NCBI GenBank assembly: GCA_046563655.1
Contig: CM102290.1
Span: 2,728,001-2,792,000 of the forward strand
Origin: Yuukianura sp. NJ FZ-2021
Lineage: Eukaryota
Reading direction: 5' to 3'
DNA: 64,000 bases
Shown here: piece after piece, positions 14,114-22,717 of the stretch
Position numbering within the stretch: position 1 is the first letter of the stretch
Layout: each line of letters opens with the position of its first letter
The notes under the pieces: generated by a model
The model's database searches: none
Told to the model about the DNA's origin: nothing
What the model saw: only the letters and a program-made list of their open reading frames with translations
Translations under genes and position numbers: made by a program

Positions 14114-15973
14114 ATGACCTTACTTTTGTCACTCATCACCTTTACTTCCCTCGTCTGCGTCCATGGTAAGTGAAAAATTCAGTATCATTGTATAGTTGAT
14201 GGAATCAATTGTTAAGCGCAGCTTGTTCTTAGTTAATTTGAACTTGCGCTATTGAAACAGGACAACAGAACGATAAGGGGACGTCAATGATTCCCTTCCC
14301 ACGGATTGGACGAGCCGATCCGCGATTCTTCATGGAAGGAAAGCGAAGTGGGAACTCACTCTCGCCAGGTCTCATCCCCTTTCCACGAATTGGCCGATCT
14401 GACGGTAAAATTCTGCCAAAACTATACTGAACCTTGACATTCCATTTGTAACTGTTTAATAAGCTTTGTTCCACAGGAATGCATGAATCGAAGCGACAGT
14501 TGATTCCCTTCCCGCGAGTTGGAAAGCGACCTTACTGGCGCGTACCCGTGGACTCATACCCACTGGAGTACGAAGACTACTCTTTTCCAATGGTTGAGGT
14601 TCCGTCGGTGTCCATGATTGGTCCGGAGTTCGGTCAGGGAATGTCCGACGAGACTGAGGCAGAGAAGCGAATGGCTGGGGCTACTGGCCCAAGCAATAAC
14701 AACAACAATGGTGGTATGTGGTTTGGTCCGAGGCTTGGAAGGAGGAAGCGATCTGTAGAGAGCAGCAGTGACTCCAGTGTAGTCGACACACGTCTACTGC
14801 TCAACATTTTACATAATTTTAACTGGGCCATTGTCCCTCTCAAAGGTAAGGCAGGCGAGGAACAGTCTTAATTTTTTGGCCATCAAGTCTGAAATGGTCA
14901 CATGACTTAATGTTGTCCATGGACGCGTCGTTCTGCGCATGGTAAATGCCCTTTTGATTTCTGTATGTCAAATGTCTGTTTCCGTTGTCTCTGGTACAGT
15001 GTTTGTATCGACCTTAGTACTGTGCTCCGTCAACATTTGAGAAATGTACATATCCTTTCTGAAATTTTGATGAACATAAAATAAAATTACGACAGAGTCA
15101 CGAACAAAAACTGTTGGCCGTAGTGCATTCTGTGTCCTTTGTGTCGTAACTTTTTCGTTCATGTCAGCGCCTCATAAATAAACCAATGTAATTCAATGTC
15201 GTAATTACGAAATATTGGTCGTTCAAGTCGTCAGTCGTTGTCATTAGTATGCCTTAACTGTCCCAGTCGCTGTCCATTAGAAAGCTAAGCCCTAGGACGT
15301 GACGTTGACTGGAACTGTTACAGAGCGGAGAACGTTTACACCACGACTTGGTCGCAGTTCCTCAGAAGAGAGTCCACTGAGGGGAATTTCTCAGAGGGCG
15401 GAGCCTTACACGCCAAGGTTCGTTGAAATCGTTCATTATTCATGTTGACAGACCGCAATAAGTCGTGACAAAAGAGACTTAAGTTGTTGGCGAACTTGTA
15501 TTCATTCCAGGTTGGGAAGATCATCTGAAGGGGTCTCCGGAGGGGATTACGATGAGGATTCCAGTGTTCATCGCTACTCCAGAAACAACAATGACAACAC
15601 CAGGACCCAGAAGAATCCTAAGGGACAGTCCGAAGAGACTAATGTTGGCGGAGTGCCGTTCGCTCCCAGACTTGGTCGAGACAACATGATTCCAAGACTA
15701 GGCAGAGACAACATGAGTCCAAGGCTTGGGAGGGATAACATGAGTCCAAGACTTGGGCGGGATAACATGAGTCCAAGACTTGGCCGGGATAACATGAGTC
15801 CAAGACTTGGGCGGGATAACATGAGTCCAAGGCTTGGCCGGGATAACATGAGTCCAAGGCTTGGCCGGGATAATATGAGTCCAAGGCTTGGGCGGGATAA
15901 CATGAGTCCAAGGCTTGGCCGAGACAACATTAGTCCACGACTTGGAAGATCAAGTGACGATGACCGGGAGTAA
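14114..15973 (+). CDS. Capa: Combined CAPA/pyrokinin (PRXamide) neuropeptide precursor, 373 aa, 5 coding exons
   Basis: Exons 14114-14165, 14261-14404, 14477-14845, 15324-15417, 15511-15973 (GT-AG, phases 1,1,1,2). Signal peptide MTLLLSLITFTSLVCVHG. Periviscerokinins GTSMIPFPRI-GR, SGNSLSPGLIPFPRI-GR and QLIPFPRV-GKR. Tryptopyrokinin ...GGMWFGPRL-GRRKR. Pyrokinins TFTPRL-GR, AEPYTPRL-GR, VPFAPRL-GR and ten DN(M/I)(S/I)PRL-GR. AATAAA at 16041-16046. Confidence 0.95.
15680..15949 (+). repeat. Coding 27-bp tandem repeat, 10 copies (DNMSPRLGR)
   Basis: Unit approximately gataacatgagtccaagrcttggscgg. Variation is almost all at third codon positions; copy 1 is DNMIPRLGR and copy 10 is DNISPRLGR. 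Confidence 0.97.
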
Positions 15974-17126
15974 ACCTGCGTTAACTTAAATGACATTAAA
16001 CAATCCATGTTAATTCGAAGCCCCAAAATACTCAGCGCGAAATAAATTTTGTTTGCGACAAATCGTCTTTGGGAAGCAAAGTTTAGTTCGAGTAACGGAC
16101 GAGATGGAAATTGCTAAATTTTTACTTGAACTGGAATGGCTTGAAGTCCACCCCCATAAAGCATTTACTAATTGAATAAGAATTCTGCTAACAATTAGAT
16201 GTATAAAATAACACAGTCAAGGGGAAATGTTGCTTTATATTAATTTTGGTGACTTTAATGTGATGAACTGGCCTTAAAGTGACTTTTAATCTTAATGTGC
16301 TCGTATACAAAAGGAAAATTATACTTTCGCAGCAGTATTGCTTATGGTAACCGGGATACTGGAAAAATTAAATAGCCTTTTGCTCTAATCCCTGACGGTC
16401 GTGCATGCCTTTAACTAAATTCTGGCAAAATATGACTTAAACATGTTCAATAGTCTTATTAATTAGCAAATTAGAAAATTATAAGTTTAGAAGTAGTAGT
16501 CACATTGCTATTAGCAAACTGGACGAAATTGGCAAAAACAAATTGAGGACGAAAAAGCTTGGGCGGACATAGAAAAACGTAATAGTAGATGTTTATATCC
16601 CAAATTTAGACTAATCCATTCAGAACGACGACGAAAAGATGGCCTATCCCTGCCTGAGTAACTTCAACTTCAAAATGCAAAGTACTCTACAGCGTTCTAG
16701 TTGAACTATTCCATACCCCTCCCGATTGCAATGACTAACGTCAGACTAACATTTGACTCCTTTGCAAACGAATTGGTTCAAAACATTTGAGGTGAGATGG
16801 ACTTGAATAACCAATTGCGCAAATACGTTACATATAAATAGGATAGGAACAATCTAGGCGGAACATGAAGGGTGTCCAGCCCTAATTGATTGACGTCTAA
16901 GTGGCAGGGTAAAGTCCGGAATATCAAAAGGTCAACCTGGAAAAGTGAAACGCTAACACGAGCATACAGAGAACTACGCCTTTGCATTGTAGGATTATTG
17001 GTGCGTGTCGTACATTTTGCATTCTAAGTAGAGATTATAGATGAGATGAAAGCAGACTTACAGGGTGCGGTAGTCTGAAGTGACGTTGGCTTTTGAAGAA
17101 TGTAGTAATGATCGTTTGTGCTTCGT

Positions 17127-19546
17127 TTATATTAGAAATATTTCGTCATGGTGCATGATGAGAAAATCGGTGAAGGTATTGATGGGAGCAATTGCGGCTA
17201 GCGACAGGTTCAGACTCGGAGACCAAAGCAAGTTTGGTCCAAAAACAACAGCCAGGTTGGATGACGTCATCTTGTTCAAGTCGCTCCTATCTGACACCTA
17301 TAAAGCAAACGATAACATTTTATCACCACATCTTAGGTCAATGTAAGGATTAACGACCGTCATGGTAGCCACTCCGCCATTTTTAATCGGTGACTGAAGT
17401 AACCGTTTCAACACAACCTAAGTAACAAGTACGTGGGAACCGTAGCAGGTAATTTGGTCGGAATGGCAGAGGTCGGCAGGCGTATATGGAATTTAGGTTA
17501 GGTTTGGTTAATCTTTCTAATGCTAGGGGTAGGTTAGGTATGCCGACCTCTGCGTTTTCGACCAATCAAATTCCGACCAAATTACCAGGAACCCGTGGGA
17601 ACGGTTGCCGCAGTGTAACCACTTATTGTAGCCACTGAAATGGAGTGGCTACACTGTGTGGCTACAATGACGGTCGTTAAACCTTACCCCAACCCAATTT
17701 AGGACTGTGTATTCATTCGAATACACAATTCACTGACCTTCGCGAGGAACCGAATTATATACTTCAAAAGTGCGTAATTGTCTTCAGGGAGTTTCTCCAA
17801 TATCACTTGCTTTACAAACGGCCCTCTGTCATCCTTCGTTAGCTCTAAAATAGCAAACAAATGGTTAAAATACTGCTGAGATTTTTAGTTGTTAAAACTA
17901 GATTTCGTAAATTCAGTACTTGAAAAGTCTATAACTTCGTCAAAAAGGTCGAAGGTAAGAAGAGGTTCCTGCAGCTCCCGTAGAAATGCCTTTATCAGCA
18001 CGGCAGCTAAGTGAAAATCATTCCCAAAGTCAACTGTTTCACCTCTGTTGGCTTTTGCCTGGGATTCCTTGACCACGTTAGCGGAAGCCGATCGACGAAA
18101 TAAGCCTTCGGTAGCCAAAGCTGAAACATGCAATAATAAATAATATTTAAAATAAACACTTAAAATCATACTACGACAGAACTTTTGACATAACCCAAAA
18201 CCTGTCATTTGTCTCGTCTCACCTTCCGGCTGACTCAGGAATTCGACGCATTGTCTCACAATAGGCGGAATGACATCATCATTGTTATGTTCCTTGATAA
18301 ACTGAATTGAAACTCCGAACTGTTGTGTGTCCAAAGCTGCGTGGAACGTCGTTGTTGAGGTAGGGGCGTAAGAGGGAACGGATTTCGTAGCTTTCGCTCT
18401 GAGTTGAAGATCATGCCTAAAATGATTAGGTGACATTTAGCCTGAAGAACGTTAAAAAATAGGAAATTGTGATAATTTGTTATTACTTACTCCAAAACTT
18501 GCTCCGGTATACAAAGTTGATCCAATTTAATTTGCTGATTCAACTCCGCAAGGTAATTGATGTACATGACTTTCTTACCGAATTTTGCACTGTTCAATTC
18601 AACAGCAGAGACAAGTTATTATGCAGAAAAAATGGATGGCAGCCATCCGATGGCTGTTCAAATGCTGCTGAACTTACCTAATGGCGGGCTTGAAGAGCTG
18701 AAAAGTGAGTTTGATGAAGTTTGTAGGGTGAACGAGGTAAAGTGATTTAAGATTCTTCTTGTACTTTCTTTCAAATGCTCGATAGGCCTGCCAAAGCCAT
18801 GTCAGGGGAGGTTTATTCTTGCTATTGAGTCCATGATGAAAGTAGACTAAGGAGTAATCCTGCTCCACATACTTGTCAAGGGTGTACAACAAGTATCTAA
18901 AAGTGAGAAGGGTGTCAATCATATTTGAAGTAACATCAACATTACGCGAAGTTCAGTATTCACCTGAGGAACCTATGGTGATCGAATGTATGATTTGGCG
19001 GCAACTTGCACGAAGCTAGTACTATGATTTTTCTGCCATACGCATCATCGCCAACTACTTCAACGATATTATGTTTAGCAATGTCAGAATAGTCTTCTTC
19101 GTCTTGAAGCGGAGTGGTAGGAATAGAGTCCGAATCAGCTATAAACGGCGCTGCCGCTAGTTCCTCTTCAAAATTGTCTTCAATGGTCCCGTCGGAAACG
19201 GGTGATTCCAGGTACTCAAACACCTTCACTTCTTCGATATCTGAAAATCAAAAGTACCAGTAGTTGCAAATTGTAGTGAATAAATTGAAAGAAATAGGAT
19301 AACAACTATACCCGTAGGAGCAGCTCCCTCCAGCTCAGTATCGTCAAATTCCAAGTTTGGTTCGTAGTCATGAAAATCTGAGAGACTCCGGTACTGGTCC
19401 TCGGCTTCTTGAGCAGAAGAGGCTGTGGATACAAGAGAATACATGACGTACGGACTGAAACAACGACATTCAGACCATTGACAGTGACGACAATTCGTTT
19501 ACTCATACTCATACTCACCATCCTTATTCTCCACGACTTCCTCCAT
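17127..19546 (-). CDS. RhoGAP68F: Rho GTPase-activating protein with BCH/CRAL-TRIO (Sec14-like) and RhoGAP domains (ARHGAP1/8, RhoGAP68F family), 468 aa, 9 coding exons
   Basis: Exons 19546-19519, 19422-19312, 19240-18964, 18896-18678, 18589-18491, 18416-18223, 18120-17920, 17844-17738, 17297-17127. Motifs: [32 protein letters not shown]...[21 protein letters not shown]; arginine finger [26 protein letters not shown]. The first exon is the least certain. Confidence 0.94.
17346..17684. mobile_element. MITE in the last RhoGAP intron, TA-flanked
   Basis: TIRs of about 27 bp: aggattaacgaccgtcatggtagccac and gtggctacaatgacggtcgttaaacct (2 mismatches), with TA on both sides. Confidence 0.75.
17441..17593. 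mobile_element. Nested 153-bp MITE with 9-bp TSD (Mutator-like)
   Basis: Direct repeat cgtgggaac at 17432-17440 and 17594-17602. TIR core ggtaatttggtcggaat / attccgaccaaattacc, plus inner inverted repeat gcagaggtcggca / tgccgacctctgc. Confidence 0.75.
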
Positions 19547-20299
19547 TCTTTCAAGGAAACGATGAATTCATTCGGTTCATTCCAGAATCCAGATTGTGTA
19601 AAGGTAAATAGAGACTATTGTAGTCAAAGAAACAAGGAAAACTGAAAGTGGGCAAAGGTCATGAATATGATAAACAAAAAACCACAAACATGACACACTT
19701 CTGAAAGACTTGAAAGCAAAGTAACTTACGATTACAAAAATCGATGACGAGCCAAGCGCCAGTAATAATAGTATCAGTGCAAATCCGAGATTTCCAGTAA
19801 GCAAGCTGTCAATCGGGAGAAAATAAAGATAACCTTGGCAGGAAGTTAATTTTGATTAATTACAACTTTAGGCTACTCCCAGTTGTTGACTAATGTAATG
19901 TGACAGAAGCGGAGTTTATGACATTTACCCGCCCGCCGCCAATTACAAACTCTTGAAATTATTTGGTTTTCGCAAATGGCACACAGTGGTTCAATTTGGG
20001 TGCGCCGCAAAATTACTTTGTAAATATTTTTTACCGTAAGTAGGTAATTTGGTCGGATTAGAATTAGAAAGGAACAACTTTTGTAAGTTTTTTTTCGATT
20101 TCCTTCAAAAAAAGTACTTGATTTTGACCTTTCGCCTGAATAAACTCCCGGGTTTTCGCCCGGTCAAACTGGATACCGATTATTCGCCCCCAGACGAAGT
20201 GAAGTTCATCTGTGAAGACACAGTGTCCAGTGGTTCCAGAGCTAGCTTGACCAGCAGACGGACGGACAGACAGACAGACTCAGGGGCAAATATAAAGTA

Positions 20300-21103
20300 C
20301 AGTGGATTCTCTAAATAAGGGACAGGAGCTCCTCCTCTTTCTCACTTTCACTCGAAGTCGCGGTACCGTAAAGTTTTAATTTTGGAGGGAACGTATGTTT
20401 CAGTTTATCGGCTTATTTTTTACGATTGTTTTTTTTTGGTTAATTTTTTTTTTGGTGCGAAACAAAGGTAATTAAATAATTAAATGGAATTAACTAATAT
20501 TAATATATATATATTATATATATCTGCGCACAAACTGCGCAACAGCGCACAACCTGCGCAACAGCGCACAACCTGGGCAACAGCGTACAACCACAGCGCA
20601 CAACCTGCGCAACAGCGCACAACCTGCGCAACAGCGCACAACCTGCGCAACAGCGCACAACCTGCGCAACAGCGCACAACCTGCGCAACAGCGCACAACC
20701 TGCGCAACAGCGCACAACCTGCGCAACAGCGCACAACCTGCGCAACAGCGCACAACCTGCGCAACAGCGCACAACCTGCGCAACAGCGCACTGTATATAA
20801 TATATTATATTATATAACCTGTTTAATAAGGGTATATTCACAGCGTAATTTGCATATAATATACCATATAATATTGATTAGTATATAGATATCACATATA
20901 ATTAGCATTAATATATGAATATTATGTATATTAATATTAATTATATACTCTGAACTTCGAAACAGGAAATTTTCATTAGAATGGTGTTCCTAGCCTTAAA
21001 TTCCCTATAACTGACCGCTTACCAGAAATCTTACGGTACTGGGGGAGGCGCCTACTACCAATCCTCCAATCGTGATTTTTTCCCTTATTTAGAGAATCCA
21101 CTG
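20300..21103. mobile_element. Non-autonomous Tc1/mariner-like element (MITE)
   Basis: Perfect 23-bp TIR cagtggattctctaaataaggga / tcccttatttagagaatccactg. TA duplications at 20298-20299 and 21104-21105. No transposase ORF. Confidence 0.85.
20535..20790. repeat. 19-bp GC-rich minisatellite, about 13 copies
   Basis: Unit ctgcgcaacagcgcacaac with one degenerate/partial unit near 20573-20605, flanked by very AT-rich sequence. Confidence 0.95.
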
Positions 21104-21844
21104 TAGCTCATTTTTTCGCTGCCTAATAATTAATTCTTATTTTGACGATGCTCGATTCAAAATAAAGTAATGATCGGGTAGGCGCCAGACTTACTATCAC
21201 GGCACACGGTTTGCACAGAATTCTTTCCGCGCTCGCCGGCGCCGCACCAATAACGCATGTGTGTGAAATCTCTTGAAAACGTGATTCCGAGATCAGAATT
21301 TTTGTTGAAAGTAATAAAGTAAATCGTTATATACTAACATAAAATAAGTTTTTGTTGCGAAAAGCCGGTTCCGTTTCAGAAGAAACCAAAAAGAATTTAA
21401 CTACTTCCTGTTCTTCCTGAACTAGTTCCTGTTTACATACGCTGGAAGAGAAGTAAGTGTTAATTTGTAAAATCATGTTATTGAATTGATTGAAACAAGT
21501 TGTCGCCTAACGCAAACTTACTTTTAAAGTCTTTTAGGTATTTCTTTCAAGTTTTAACTATATAGGAAGCTCAATTCGCCCATCCTTTTGCTCTTTGTCT
21601 TGGTCCTCGTGTTCCTCTTCGGTCAGATTCCGCTGGATTTAGTCTTACGCGTCCGAAAGGTGTGTAGACAAGGTAACTGGTCAGTATGACTCGTGACATA
21701 ATGTATTGAATTACAGGAAATCTTAACCTGACCTCCAATATAAAAATCACTAAATAAAATGCCGTCTGTATTGTGGTAGGCTACAGTAAATTCAAGCACT
21801 CCATTCACCAGTTGCAGCCCGCAGTAACCCGTACTACCGTCATC

Positions 21845-22238
21845 ATGTCTGGATTCTCAACCGAAATGGATTTATCAGGTGGCGCTGGTGGAGCAGAAAC
21901 ACAACAAGGAGAAGAATTACAAGAGTTCCTTTACCTCGAGCAACAACGAGCTCAGCTTAGGTCGCAGGTACAGTACAGAAGATGTAAAAGCAAAAGTTAA
22001 ATCAACTACGAGCACTGAGCAGGACGCTAACACGTTAAAATGCTTATTTGGACTACGACAGATTCAAGTTTTGACGGATACTTGTTGGGAGAAATGTGTC
22101 GATAAACCGCAGCCGAAGTTAGATACGAAGACAGAATCCTGCCTAGAGAACTGTGCTGCCAGGTTCGTTGACGTTACACTTCTCATAACGAATAGATTTG
22201 CCCAAGTACTTCAAAGGTCAGCAGGTGGAATGCAATAG
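21845..22238 (+). CDS. Tim8: Mitochondrial import inner membrane translocase subunit Tim8 (small Tim chaperone), 99 aa, 2 coding exons
   Basis: Exons 21845-21967 and 22062-22238. ELQEFLYLEQQRAQLRSQ|IQVLTDTCWEKCVDKP...ESCLENCAARFVD contains the twin CX3C motif in a Tim8-type context. Confidence 0.93.
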
Positions 22239-22717
22239 ATCTTGTAGTATGTAGTATCCTAGATTTATGAAAATAGAGTTGTCTAAGTTCAACTATATAA
22301 TTGTTCATATGTATTCCCAGTAAAACGTTTTTGGTATGAAGCGTCAACAGAAGATTTCTGTGCATCTACAGTTTTAGTGCTTCCGGAAATCGTTTAGTGA
22401 TGAATTGTTAAACTCTTGTCGTCTTCAGAGAATCGTAGTGGACGAAACAAGTATCGTGTTGACAAATTGGCATTGGCGCTTGTATATTCGTATTTATTAG
22501 CTGTTTTTAGAATTTAGCAGTTGTATTATTTTCTACTCTACCTTGCGCTTTGGCTCTACGTTTCCTTTTATTTATTTGTGATTGAATCTTTTATGTAGAA
22601 TTGAAATGATTCAAGGACGGGAGAAGTTTAAGCTGAATGGGGTTTGAACATGACATGATTGTTGCATTGGTTTAAAGCTGTACGTCAACTGGATGCTGCA
22701 ATGCGTTTGGACCCCTT

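Noticed and set aside
15574..16026. Minus-strand repetitive ORFs (150 aa and 90 aa)
   Set aside because: Antisense shadows of the 27-bp neuropeptide repeat.
20480..20888. Four overlapping Cys/Ala/Gln-rich ORFs; CRISPR-like appearance
   Set aside because: Translations of a stop-free 19-bp minisatellite inside a MITE; no spacers and no cas genes.
21404..21436. Repeated TTCCTG (ETS-like) and TGTTTAC (FOX-like) motifs upstream of Tim8
   Set aside because: Short motifs expected by chance; unsupported without conservation data.
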